Of a stretch of 64,000 bases of DNA, positions 27,224 through 36,917 are shown piece after piece. This DNA comes from a bacterium. GTDB lineage: Bacteria > UBA8248. Under the pieces are notes generated by a model. It saw nothing but the letters and a program-made list of their open reading frames with translations. It searched no databases and was not told the origin of the DNA. Position numbers and translations under genes: made by a program. Where the stretch lies: contig CBDBBI010000010.1 of the NCBI GenBank assembly GCA_965202625.1, positions 1,696,001-1,760,000 of the forward strand, in the 5' to 3' direction. The stretch's first letter is position 1. Each line of letters opens with the position of its first letter.

Positions 27224-28381
27224 ATGAATCTGCCCTTTGACGAAAACAAGCTCAGCACCCTGATGGAGAACGAGGGTGCGGACGTCGTTCTTGCCTCCTC
27301 AAAGGAAAACGTCCAGTACCTGCTCGGCGGCTACAAATTTTTCTTCTTCGCCCACAAGGACGCCATCGGCGTGAGCCGCTACCTGCCGATGGTGGGACTG
27401 CCGAAGGGTGCCTCCGACAAGGCGTTTTACATCGGCAACGTCATGGAAGGCTGGCAGCAGGAAGTCGAACCCGTATGGGTGCCCGAGAAGAGAAACAACC
27501 AGTGGCGCAGCGATCAGGCGGGCAAGGACGCGGCTGATTTCATCCGCAAGCTCGGCCATGGAAAAGGTACCGTGGCGGTGGAGAAATGCTTCCTTCCGGC
27601 GGATGCCTACGAGGCGCTTCAAGAGGAGCTGCCGGACGCGAAATTCATCGACGCCGTCTATATGCTGGAAGAACTCCGCGCCGTGAAGCGCGCCGGCGAG
27701 CGCGCCCTCCTGAAAGAAGCCTCCGAAGCCATCGTCGAGTGCATGCTCGGCGTCATGGAGAGCACGCCCCCCGGAACCACTACGTATGCAATCGCCGATG
27801 AGATGAAAAAACGCGAAACCCAAAAAGGGCTCGATTTCGAGTATTGCCTCACCTGCACAGGGCCGAGCTACAACCGCGCCCCCTCCAACGCCGCGTGGGA
27901 GGAGGGGAACGTCCTCTCGCTCGACTCCGGCGGGAACAAGCAGGGCTACCTGGGCGACCTTTGCCGCATGGCCGTCATGGGGGTGCCCACGCCGCTGATG
28001 GAGGATTTGCTCGGCGAAATTCAGGCGGTACAGGCGGCCGCGCGCGCGGTGGTGCGCCCGGGCGTCACGGGCCGGGAAATCTACGAAGCCGCCCGCACCG
28101 AGCAGGCCCGATGCGCACACGGCGAGGAGATGGTCTTTCTGGCCCACGGCATGGGCATCATTCAGCACGAAGCCCCGCACCTCACCTCCTCCGGCGTCGT
28201 GCCCTACCCCGCCACCTACGAGGACAAGGGTCTTGCGGCCGGAATGGTGGTGTCTATCGAAACGGACCTGAAAAACCCGGAGGTGGGCTTCGTCAAGCTT
28301 GAGGACACGGTGGCGGTCACCGAGGATGGGGCGGAGGGATACGGCGACGACGGCCGGGGGTGGAACGTCGCAAACGCATAG
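27224..28381 (+). CDS. M24 family Xaa-Pro peptidase/creatinase-like hydrolase
   Basis: Metal ligands D(SGG)...GD, HGMG...HE, SIE, KLED; GAGG RBS before ATG 27224. Confidence 0.85.
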   Translation: MNLPFDENKLSTLMENEGADVVLASSKENVQYLLGGYKFFFFAHKDAIGVSRYLPMVGLPKGASDKAFYIGNVMEGWQQEVEPVWVPEKRNNQWRSDQAGKDAADFIRKLGHGKGTVAVEKCFLPADAYEALQEELPDAKFIDAVYMLEELRAVKRAGERALLKEASEAIVECMLGVMESTPPGTTTYAIADEMKKRETQKGLDFEYCLTCTGPSYNRAPSNAAWEEGNVLSLDSGGNKQGYLGDLCRMAVMGVPTPLMEDLLGEIQAVQAAARAVVRPGVTGREIYEAARTEQARCAHGEEMVFLAHGMGIIQHEAPHLTSSGVVPYPATYEDKGLAAGMVVSIETDLKNPEVGFVKLEDTVAVTEDGAEGYGDDGRGWNVANA

Positions 28382-28413
28382 GCCCCGCTTGATAAACGCG
28401 AAGGGACGATCTG

Positions 28414-29589
28414 GTGGATTTTCGCATCAACCCTGAAAACGAAGACCTGCTGGAACGCGCGAAAACCTACGCGAGAGAGATTCTCGCTCCGAGGGCGGAG
28501 AAAATCGATCAGGAAGGGATTTTCCCCCGCGAGAATTTTGACGACCTCGCGCGGGAGGGCTTCACCTCCCTGACGCTCCCCAGGGACCTGGGCGGCCGCG
28601 ACCTGTATGAGGACGCCGCCACCTATTCGATGATCCTCTACGAGCTCTCGAAAGGCTGCACGAACACGGCGATGCTCTTTCACATGCACAGCTCCATCGC
28701 GCACGTCATCACCTATCTGGGAACGGATGCGCAAAAGCACAGATACGGCGCGATCGTCCGGAGCGGGAAAATCATCGCGAGCTACGCGAGCGAGAACGCC
28801 TCGAGCCTTCACGGCGTGTGGCGCATGGAGACGAAGGCGCGGCGCGACGGCGACGTTTACAGGGTCAACGGCAAAAAATATTTTTGCTCCATGGCCGGCG
28901 AGGCGGACTATTACGTGCTCTGGGTGCAGCTGGAAGAGGAGGAGGACCTCACGAAAAGCCTGGGGCTGCTCATCGCCCCCTCAAGCGCGCCCGGCTTCAA
29001 GATCGATCAGGAGTGGAACGCCTTCGCCATGCGCGGAACGATGAGCCACTCGATGATATACGACAACGTGGAAATACCGGTGGAGGACCTCGTGGGCCAG
29101 GGCGGAGACCCGATACGGCCGGACGTTCTGCCCAAGTTCGGCTTCGGCTACTCTGCCGTCTATCTGGGCGCCGGCGGAGGCGCCTTCGATTGGGTGGTCC
29201 ACTACGCGCAGACCAGAAAACTCATGCCCGACAACGCGCCCATTGCCTCCTATCCCGCCATACAGCGCCAGATAGGGGAGATGAAGATAGCCCTCGACGG
29301 CGCGATTCTCATGCTCCAAAGGGCGGGATGGATGATCAACGCCTACGGAGCGGAGCGGGCCTATGGCGCCATCAACGAGGCGAAATACGTTTGCGCGGAA
29401 TCCGCCGCCCTCATCACGGAGAAGGCGCTCAAGGTGGCCGGCGGGCCGGGGCTGTTCCGGCACAATCCGCTCCAGCGCTTTCACCGGGAGGCGAGAGCGG
29501 GCCTCATCATGCCGCCCAACACGGAAAAATGTCTGGAGCTCACCGCCAGGACCGTCCTGGAAGGCAACGCGAACATGCTAGGAGTATAG
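28414..29589 (+). CDS. Acyl-CoA dehydrogenase-like flavoprotein (YdbM-like), paralog 1
   Basis: NGKKYFCS, WNAFAMRGT.SH, LQRFHREARAG..MPP. Confidence 0.85.
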   Translation: MDFRINPENEDLLERAKTYAREILAPRAEKIDQEGIFPRENFDDLAREGFTSLTLPRDLGGRDLYEDAATYSMILYELSKGCTNTAMLFHMHSSIAHVITYLGTDAQKHRYGAIVRSGKIIASYASENASSLHGVWRMETKARRDGDVYRVNGKKYFCSMAGEADYYVLWVQLEEEEDLTKSLGLLIAPSSAPGFKIDQEWNAFAMRGTMSHSMIYDNVEIPVEDLVGQGGDPIRPDVLPKFGFGYSAVYLGAGGGAFDWVVHYAQTRKLMPDNAPIASYPAIQRQIGEMKIALDGAILMLQRAGWMINAYGAERAYGAINEAKYVCAESAALITEKALKVAGGPGLFRHNPLQRFHREARAGLIMPPNTEKCLELTARTVLEGNANMLGV

Positions 29590-29592
29590 CCG

Positions 29593-31158
29593 ATGCGTTC
29601 ACTCCCCCCCTATTTTCGTCCCCCGATCGAATATCCCGACTGCGCCCTGCACGGCTTGCTGAAAATCACATGCGCGCGCCGCCCGGACGCCATCGCCCTG
29701 GTGGACGGGGAGGTCCGCATGAGTTTTCGGGAGCTCGACGCGCTCTCGAACGCATGCGCCCGCGCCATGCGCGCCGAGGGCGTAGCGCCCGGAGATCGCG
29801 TCGCCCTGCTCCTGCCCAACTCGGCCGCGTTCGAGATAGCCGCCTTTGGCGCGTCGAAGGCGGGCGCGGTATTCACGCCGATGAACCCCGCATACAAAGA
29901 AGCCGAAGCACTCCACCAGCTCCATGATTCTGGTGCGAAGCTCCTCATCACCACAGCGGAGGGGGCCGCCCTGGCCCAAGAGGTGAGAAAAGACCTCCCT
30001 ACGCTGAAAGCCGTCGTCTCCACGAACGACGGCCCGGCGGAGCGCCCCCGCTTCGAGGACTGGATAGGCGCGCATTCGGCAGCCGCCGTCCCCGAACCGC
30101 CTATCCATCCCGCACAGGACCTGGTCGCCCTGCCCTATTCAAGCGGCACGACCGGCCTGCCCAAGGGGGTGATGCTCACCCACAGAAATCTGGTGGCGAA
30201 CTACCACCAGTTCGTGGCGAACGATTACGTCACGGACCGGGATTCGGGACTCCTGTTTCTGCCGCTATATCACATCTACGGAGCGCTGATCATGGGCGGG
30301 CTGGTTCTGGCCGGCGCCACCCAGGTGCTGATGAAGCGATTCACGGTGGAGGACGCCCTGCGTCTCGTGCAAGAACACGGGATCACCCTCTTCTACGGCG
30401 TGCCGCCCGCGCTTCTGGCCATCGCCCACCATGAAAAAACGGGCGACTACGACCTCTCCTCCCTGCGATACATCATGAGCGGGGCGGCGCCCCTTCCGCC
30501 CGAGGTGAGGCGCATCGTGCAGGAGAGAACGGGCGTGCCCACCTTCATGGGCTACGGCCTCACCGAAGCCTCGCCGCTCACCCACATCCCCCCTGCCGTC
30601 GCGTCGCTCATTCGGGAGGAGTCGGTGGGTCTCCCCGTCTCCGACGAGGAGCAAAGGATCGTGGACGTGGAGACGGGAGAGAAACAGATGCCCGTGGGCG
30701 AGGCGGGCGAGCTCATCCTCAAGGGACCCCACATCATGAAAGGCTACTGGAACGCGCCCGAAGCGACGGCGGAGGCACTCAAGGACGGCTGGCTCTACAC
30801 GGGCGACGTCGGGCGGCTGGACGAGCAGGGCTATCTCTACCTGATGGACAGAAAAAAAGAGATGATCAAATACAAGGGCTTCGCCGTGGCGCCCGCCGAG
30901 CTCGAAGCGCTTCTCCATGCGCACCCGGACATTGCGGATGCGGCCGTCGTCCCCCGGACGGACCCGGAGGCGGGCGAGATACCGGTGGCCTTCGTGGTTC
31001 CCCGCGAGGGTGCCGAAATCGACGAGGAGGCGCTGATGCGCTTCGTGAACGAAAAAATAGCGGGCTACAAGCACGTTCGCGCGGTGGCCTTCATCGACGC
31101 CATTCCGAAGTCGGCCAGCGGGAAAGTTCTGCGCCGATTGCTGAGAGAGAGCGCCTGA
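29593..31158 (+). CDS. AMP-dependent acyl-CoA ligase (4-coumarate-CoA ligase-like)
   Basis: YSSGTTGLPKG, GYGLTE, TGD, DRKKEMIK, PKSASGK. Confidence 0.92.
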   Translation: MRSLPPYFRPPIEYPDCALHGLLKITCARRPDAIALVDGEVRMSFRELDALSNACARAMRAEGVAPGDRVALLLPNSAAFEIAAFGASKAGAVFTPMNPAYKEAEALHQLHDSGAKLLITTAEGAALAQEVRKDLPTLKAVVSTNDGPAERPRFEDWIGAHSAAAVPEPPIHPAQDLVALPYSSGTTGLPKGVMLTHRNLVANYHQFVANDYVTDRDSGLLFLPLYHIYGALIMGGLVLAGATQVLMKRFTVEDALRLVQEHGITLFYGVPPALLAIAHHEKTGDYDLSSLRYIMSGAAPLPPEVRRIVQERTGVPTFMGYGLTEASPLTHIPPAVASLIREESVGLPVSDEEQRIVDVETGEKQMPVGEAGELILKGPHIMKGYWNAPEATAEALKDGWLYTGDVGRLDEQGYLYLMDRKKEMIKYKGFAVAPAELEALLHAHPDIADAAVVPRTDPEAGEIPVAFVVPREGAEIDEEALMRFVNEKIAGYKHVRAVAFIDAIPKSASGKVLRRLLRESA

Positions 31159-31205
31159 GCGCCGGAAGAAACGTTTTCCCTCTCCGGAAACGCCAACGAG
31201 AATCC

Positions 31206-32378
31206 ATGGACCTTCGCGTAGATTCTGAAACCGAAAAATTGATCGGGCGCGCCAGAGAGCTCGCCCAGAAAGTTCTGGCGCCTCATGCGGATCGATGCGA
31301 CCAGGAGGAGCGCTTTCCGAGAGAGAGCTTCGACGTCCTCGCCCAGGAGGGATTCACGCGCCTCACCCTGCCCGAATCCCATGGCGGGCGCGCCCTCTGG
31401 CGCAACCCCGTCGGCTACGTCATGGTGTTTCACGAACTCGGCAAGGGGTGCGCGAGCACCGCCATGACGCTGCACATGCACAGCACGGTCCTATACTTCC
31501 TCCTCACGCTCGCCGATGCGGAGCAGAAAAGCCGCTTCGCAGAGGCGGCGAGAGACGGCGCCATCTTCGGCAGCCACGCGGGCGAGGCGAGCTCCAGCCC
31601 CCAGTGGAACCGCACCATAACCACGCGCGCAAAAAAAGAGGGCGACTCGTATCTCCTCAACGGCCGGAAATACTTCTGCTCCATGGCGGGGGAGGCGGAT
31701 TATTACGTGCTCTGGTGTCTGCTCGAGGGAGAGGAGGACCTCGGGGTCGGCCTGCGCTGGGCGGTGGTGGACAGGAACCTCAAGGGCATCGCCATCGCAA
31801 GCCGCTGGAACGCCTTCGCCATGCGGGGCACGGCCAGCCACGCGCTCGTCTATGAGGACGTGAGAGTTCCGGCGCGCAACGTCGTGGGGACGGGCGAGGA
31901 CATCCTCCAGCCCGACTTCGTGCCCCGGTTCGGCCTGGGCTACGCCGCCGTATATCTGGGCGTCGGCGCCGCCGCCCTGGACTGGGTCGCCGACGATGCG
32001 CGAACGCGCGCGCGGTGTGCCGAGGACGCCGCCCCGAGCCATCCAGCGGTTCAGCGCCAGATAGGCGAGATGAAAATCGCCCTGGAAACCGCGCGCATGA
32101 TGATACAAAAAGCCGCCTGGGTACTGGAAACCCGGGGCGCGGCGGCGGCCGTCCCGTTCATCAACGAGGCGAAATGCGTCGCCTCCGAGGCGGCGGCATC
32201 CATGACGGAGAAGGCGATGAAAATCGCGGGCCGCCCCGGCCTGGAGAACGACAAGCCGCTTCAGCGCTTTCACCGCGACGCCAGGGCAGCGCTGGTGATG
32301 CCGCCCGGCACGGAAAAATGCCTGCAAATGGCGTCGAACGCCGTTTTGCGCCAAAATGGGGAAACGTCCATCTTCTGA
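31206..32378 (+). CDS. Acyl-CoA dehydrogenase-like flavoprotein, paralog 2
   Basis: Shares KYFCSMAGEADYYVLW, WNAFAMRGT and QRQIGEMKIAL with paralog 1. Confidence 0.85.
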   Translation: MDLRVDSETEKLIGRARELAQKVLAPHADRCDQEERFPRESFDVLAQEGFTRLTLPESHGGRALWRNPVGYVMVFHELGKGCASTAMTLHMHSTVLYFLLTLADAEQKSRFAEAARDGAIFGSHAGEASSSPQWNRTITTRAKKEGDSYLLNGRKYFCSMAGEADYYVLWCLLEGEEDLGVGLRWAVVDRNLKGIAIASRWNAFAMRGTASHALVYEDVRVPARNVVGTGEDILQPDFVPRFGLGYAAVYLGVGAAALDWVADDARTRARCAEDAAPSHPAVQRQIGEMKIALETARMMIQKAAWVLETRGAAAAVPFINEAKCVASEAAASMTEKAMKIAGRPGLENDKPLQRFHRDARAALVMPPGTEKCLQMASNAVLRQNGETSIF

Positions 32379-32417
32379 TTCGAGGCGAACTGACATTTTT
32401 TTCACGAGGGAGAGCGC

Positions 32418-34091
32418 ATGAACAACGGAAACGGCTCGGACCTGTTCCTGGAGACGCTCATCGACGAGGGCGTCCGCTGCATCTTTGGCAATCCGGGTAC
32501 CACCGAACTGCCCCTGATGGACGCGCTGGTGAACGAGCATAGACTCGACTACGTCCTCTGCCTTCAAGAGTCCGTCACCATTGGAGCCGCCGAGGGCTAC
32601 GCCTACGCCACGGGCGGGGTGGGGGTGGTGAACCTCCACGTCGCGCCGGGTCTGGGCAACGCCATGGGGATGCTCTACAACGTCAAGCGCGCCGGCACCC
32701 CCCTTCTCGTCACGGCGGGCAACCAGGGTCAGCGCGGCCAGCTCTCCGAACCCGTCCTCTGGGACGACTTGCCCCGCATGGCGGCACCGCTCACCAAATG
32801 GGCCTACGAAGTGCGACGGGTGGAGGATTTGGAGCAAAGCGTCCGCCGGGCCGTCAAATACGCGCTCACCCCCCCTACGGGCCCGGTTTTCCTGTCGCTT
32901 CCCGGCGACGTCATGCGCGCCGAAACGGACGGGCCCACGGGCCGCCCCACGCGGTTATCGAGTGCGTATCCCGCCTCCGCCGAATCGGTTGAACGCGCGG
33001 CGCGGATGCTCGCAGAGGCGCGCGCACCCCACATCGTCACCGGCTCGCGCGTCACGCGCTCGGGCGCGGTGGGCGAGGTCGCCCGGCTGGCCGAGCGCGT
33101 CGGAGCGAAGGTTTTTTGCGACAACCGCCCGAATTCCCTCTCGTTCCCCCTCGACCATCCCCTTTACGCGGGCGACCTCCCCAACACCATCGCGCCGCTT
33201 CTGGATCAGCTCGAGGGGGCGGACGTCGTATTCTTCATCGGCACGGAAACCTATTCCTTCTCCTTTCCGCCGGAAATTCCGCTCGCCCCGCGCGGGGCGC
33301 GCGTCATCCATCTGGACCTGGACCCCTGGGAGATCGGCAAAAACTTCCCCGTGGAGGTCGCCATGCCGGGAGACCCGAAGGCCACCCTCCCCGCCATCAC
33401 CGATGCGGTGGAGAGGACGCTGGGCGAAGCGGGGCTTCAAAGGGCGGGCGAGCGCAGGGAGCGGCTTGCGAGAGAGCTGGCGGCCTTGAGGGAGGAGAAC
33501 GCCCCCAAAGCGGGAGAGGATGGGGGTGCTCTGACGAAAGAGACCTTTCAGGCCGCGTTCGGAGACGCGCTGCCCAGGGGCGCCGCGCTGGTGGATGAGT
33601 CCCTCACCATGGGACACGGCGGAGGACTCAAGAACGCCATCGCCGGCAAGACAGACGCCATCTACGGCATGAAGGGAGGCGGCATCGGTTTGGGCCTGCC
33701 CAGCGCGCTGGGGGTGAAAAAGGCGCTGCCGGACACCCCCGTGGTCTGCCTGTCGGGAGACGGCTCCGCCATGTATTCCATCCAGGCGCTTTGGAGCGCG
33801 GCGAAATACGACCTCGGCGCCCTCTTCGTGATTCTCAACAACAAAAGCTACCGGATTCTGAAGGAACGCGTTCTCCGACTCGACGGCAAAACGCAGGAGC
33901 ACAGAAAATTCGTCGCCATGGACTTCAAGGAGCCCGAGCTCGACTTCATCCAGATGGCCAGCGCCATGGGCGTGCGCGCCGAGCGGGCGAGAACGCCGGC
34001 GGAACTCAAAAGCGCCATGCGGGAAGCGCTGGCATCGGGCGCGCCGCGCCTCATCGACGCCCACGTCGAATACGAACGACTGGAGAACTGA
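32418..34091 (+). CDS. ThDP-dependent decarboxylase, benzoylformate decarboxylase-like
   Basis: FGNPGTTELP, NLHVAPGLGNAMG, GDGSAMY...NN. Confidence 0.88.
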   Translation: MNNGNGSDLFLETLIDEGVRCIFGNPGTTELPLMDALVNEHRLDYVLCLQESVTIGAAEGYAYATGGVGVVNLHVAPGLGNAMGMLYNVKRAGTPLLVTAGNQGQRGQLSEPVLWDDLPRMAAPLTKWAYEVRRVEDLEQSVRRAVKYALTPPTGPVFLSLPGDVMRAETDGPTGRPTRLSSAYPASAESVERAARMLAEARAPHIVTGSRVTRSGAVGEVARLAERVGAKVFCDNRPNSLSFPLDHPLYAGDLPNTIAPLLDQLEGADVVFFIGTETYSFSFPPEIPLAPRGARVIHLDLDPWEIGKNFPVEVAMPGDPKATLPAITDAVERTLGEAGLQRAGERRERLARELAALREENAPKAGEDGGALTKETFQAAFGDALPRGAALVDESLTMGHGGGLKNAIAGKTDAIYGMKGGGIGLGLPSALGVKKALPDTPVVCLSGDGSAMYSIQALWSAAKYDLGALFVILNNKSYRILKERVLRLDGKTQEHRKFVAMDFKEPELDFIQMASAMGVRAERARTPAELKSAMREALASGAPRLIDAHVEYERLEN

Positions 34092-34095
34092 CCCC

Positions 34096-35346
34096 TCAGA
34101 CGACGCCCATCTTCTCGCCGTAGGCTTCGAGAGCGCGTTCGAAGCAGGCGAGCGGTGCGCGCACCACGCCCGCGCCCACCTGGCCGACTCCGGGCTTCCG
34201 GTGCGCGATGCCCGTGTTGATGAGGGGCGTCACGCCGAGCCGCACCACCCGAATGACGTCGATTCCCGCAGGAGTCCCCTGAAAGTCGAGTGCGGGAATC
34301 GTCCACTCCGGGTTTTGCGCCTGGGTGATCGCATACATGGAGCGGGAATGATGCAGCGCGTCCGCCGCACTCCCCGCCCCCACGAACCCGACGACGGCGG
34401 GTGCGGCGGCCATGGCGAATCCCCCCAGCCCCATCGTCTCGATGATCGTGGAATCGCCCATGTCCGGATTCGCGTCCTCCTCGCCAAAACCTGGAAAATA
34501 CAACCCCTCCGGCATCTCGACAGGAGCCGTGAACCACTCGTCTCCCGTCGCGCTCACCCGAATTCCGAAATCCGTTCCATTACGCGACATCGCCGTGACG
34601 ACGCTCGAACCCGCAATACCGCGCACCGGGTCCATCACCGCCTTTCCGGCCGCCATCGCCACGTTCAGGAAAAACTGATCGTTGCCCCCGATGAAGGACA
34701 ACACCTCCTCCAGCGTCCCCCTCTCCCGCACAGCGCGCGCGAGGGCGGGTGCCGTCTCGCGCAGGAAGAGACTCGTACAGGCCACGTTGCGCTGGTGCAT
34801 TTCATCGCCCATCGAAAGCCCCCGCGCGATGATGCGCTTGAGCGGCAGCCCCCCCATGCTCCGGAGCGCCCCGGAGAGCGCCGGCGCCAGTCGAGCGGCC
34901 ATCCAGCGCAGCCGGGCGAGTACCTCCTCGTCGTTTCCGCCGAAGCGCATCACCTTCCCCAAGCCCTCGTTCAGGACGCAGTAGGCCCGGTTTCCAAATT
35001 TCGCGTTCTCCACGATCATGACCGGCATCGAGGGCGTGGTGACGCCCGTCATGGGGCCGACGGCGTCGAAATGATGGTTCGGATGGAACGCCACCTCGCC
35101 CGAGGCGGCGAGCACCTCCGCCGAGGCCAGGTCATCCGCCCATCCTTCCAGGACGACCGCTCCCGCAATCGCCCCGCGCAGGGGACCGCACATTCTCGCC
35201 CACTCGACAGGGGGTCCCGCATGCAGGAGAACGCCCGCGTCCAAGCCCTGGATCACCTCGCCCGCCGGACGCACGTCCACCAGAACGGGGTCGGCGCCGA
35301 TGATGCGGGAGGTCGCCTCCGCGTTCGCGTCCGTGATCACGCCCAT
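34096..35346 (-). CDS. DUF1116/YlbE (oxamate carbamoyltransferase subunit AllG-like) protein
   Basis: LLHAGPP, AVGPMTG, NEGLGKV.RFG, MGDEMHQRN, RNGTDFGI, ANPDMGDS.I.ET.GLGG, INTGIAH. Confidence 0.85.
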   Translation of the reverse strand: MGVITDANAEATSRIIGADPVLVDVRPAGEVIQGLDAGVLLHAGPPVEWARMCGPLRGAIAGAVVLEGWADDLASAEVLAASGEVAFHPNHHFDAVGPMTGVTTPSMPVMIVENAKFGNRAYCVLNEGLGKVMRFGGNDEEVLARLRWMAARLAPALSGALRSMGGLPLKRIIARGLSMGDEMHQRNVACTSLFLRETAPALARAVRERGTLEEVLSFIGGNDQFFLNVAMAAGKAVMDPVRGIAGSSVVTAMSRNGTDFGIRVSATGDEWFTAPVEMPEGLYFPGFGEEDANPDMGDSTIIETMGLGGFAMAAAPAVVGFVGAGSAADALHHSRSMYAITQAQNPEWTIPALDFQGTPAGIDVIRVVRLGVTPLINTGIAHRKPGVGQVGAGVVRAPLACFERALEAYGEKMGVV

Positions 35347-36605
35347 TCAGCCATCTCCCGCCAGGTCGTCTCCACGACGTTCTCCACGAGGACGCGCCCG
35401 CCCTTCACCACGAATCTCTTCTCGGGCTGATCGATGAGGACGTCGTCGAAATTCACCGAATCAAGAACCACGAAGTCCGCCGCGCACCCGGGGCGCAAGC
35501 CGTAGGCATCCTCCACTCCGAGTGCCCGCGCGCCATTGGTCGTGAACAGGGCGGGCACCGCGCCCCTCTCCGAGGCGCCGCTCATGTGGAGGGCGTGAGC
35601 GAGAAGAAGGCCGGCCTCGAGCAAATCCCCGCGCCCCGAGGGCGTAAAGGCGTTGCGAATGTTGTTGGACGAGATGGCGACGTTGACGCCCGCCCGCAAG
35701 AGGTCCTTGACGGGAGCGAGGCTTCGAAAGCGGGGCGCACGGCATCCCCTGCCGCCCAGAAACAAATCCGTCGCCGGAAGCGGCAGGACGGAGATGCCCG
35801 CCTCGAGAATTTTCTCGATGATCGACGCGGCCGCAGCCGGTGGGGCCGCACCAAGCGACGTGAGGTGGGCTACGGCCACCCTCCCCTGCAGACCGGCGGC
35901 GATCGTTCGGGCGGCCACGGATTCGATGCGCCTCTCGTCCGGATCGTCCGAGAAGTCCAGATGAAGGTCCAGGCCGCAGCCGCAAGCCGCAGCCATTCTG
36001 AAAACGACGTCCAGATGCCGCTCGGGGTCGAGGTCGTTGTAAGGGATTGCGCCCACGAGGTCTCCGCCCATCCGCATCGCCTCGCGCATCAACTCCTCCG
36101 TGCCCGGCTGCTTCTCGATGCCCTCCTGCGGAAAAACGACCAGCTGAAAATCCGCCTGGCCCGCGTATTTCTCCTTGAGCTCCAGGGCGACCTCCACGCC
36201 CTTCAGCCCGACGATGGGGTCCACCTCCACCTGCGTCCGGAACCACGTGGTGCCATGTCGAATCGCCATGCGCAGCGCGCGCTCGGCGCGCTCCATGATG
36301 TCGCGTTTCGTCACGCCCCTCTTCAGGGCGAACGTGATGGATATGGCGTCCTCAAGCGTTCCGGAGCAATTGGGGGCGCGCTCCTCCAAAAACGCCTTGT
36401 CCAGATGGATATGACTCTCCACGAACGCGGGCAGAACGACGCGACCGCCCACATCGATCTCCTCGCATCCTCTCTCGTTTCTGGGGCGTGCCCCGATCAT
36501 CGAGAACCGCCCCCCGGCGACGCACATGTCCACCAGGGGTCCTTGGGATTCGACCCTGGCGTTTCTGAAAATTCTCTCATCCGGAATTGCGGCGCGCATG
36601 GGCAT
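35337..36605 (-). CDS. Cytosine deaminase-like amidohydrolase
   Basis: ESHIHLDK, HGTT..R, FPQEG, LHLD, AHLT, NNIRNAFTP. Confidence 0.85.
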   Translation of the reverse strand: MPMRAAIPDERIFRNARVESQGPLVDMCVAGGRFSMIGARPRNERGCEEIDVGGRVVLPAFVESHIHLDKAFLEERAPNCSGTLEDAISITFALKRGVTKRDIMERAERALRMAIRHGTTWFRTQVEVDPIVGLKGVEVALELKEKYAGQADFQLVVFPQEGIEKQPGTEELMREAMRMGGDLVGAIPYNDLDPERHLDVVFRMAAACGCGLDLHLDFSDDPDERRIESVAARTIAAGLQGRVAVAHLTSLGAAPPAAAASIIEKILEAGISVLPLPATDLFLGGRGCRAPRFRSLAPVKDLLRAGVNVAISSNNIRNAFTPSGRGDLLEAGLLLAHALHMSGASERGAVPALFTTNGARALGVEDAYGLRPGCAADFVVLDSVNFDDVLIDQPEKRFVVKGGRVLVENVVETTWREMAEWA

Positions 36606-36775
36606 CCCACCGGAGCGAAATCTCGCCTTCAGAGAGACGAAACGCGCGGGGAGAGATTCCCGCCCCCTCCGCCCCCCATGGCAAAAACGAAAGTCGAGCG
36701 CATGAACCTTACCCTACCTACTCGGATTCTCGCCAGCGAGAAAGGGGGAACGAGAAGGGCGACCCCTCCATCCGC

Positions 36776-36805
36776 TTGACCGCCGCCGAGAACCAGAAGC
36801 ATAAT
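36776..36805 (+). promoter_or_regulatory. Putative sigma70 promoter of the ABC transporter operon
   Basis: TTGACC (36776-36781), 18-nt spacer, CATAAT (36800-36805). Confidence 0.5.
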
Positions 36806-36917
36806 GAAGCGTTCGACGTGATATTTTCATACTGATTCTCATGCAATTCGACGCTCCGGGGATGCGCCGCGGGCTCCTCGCGCGCGGTGCGCGTCCTTCA
36901 GAACAAGCGAGACGTGA

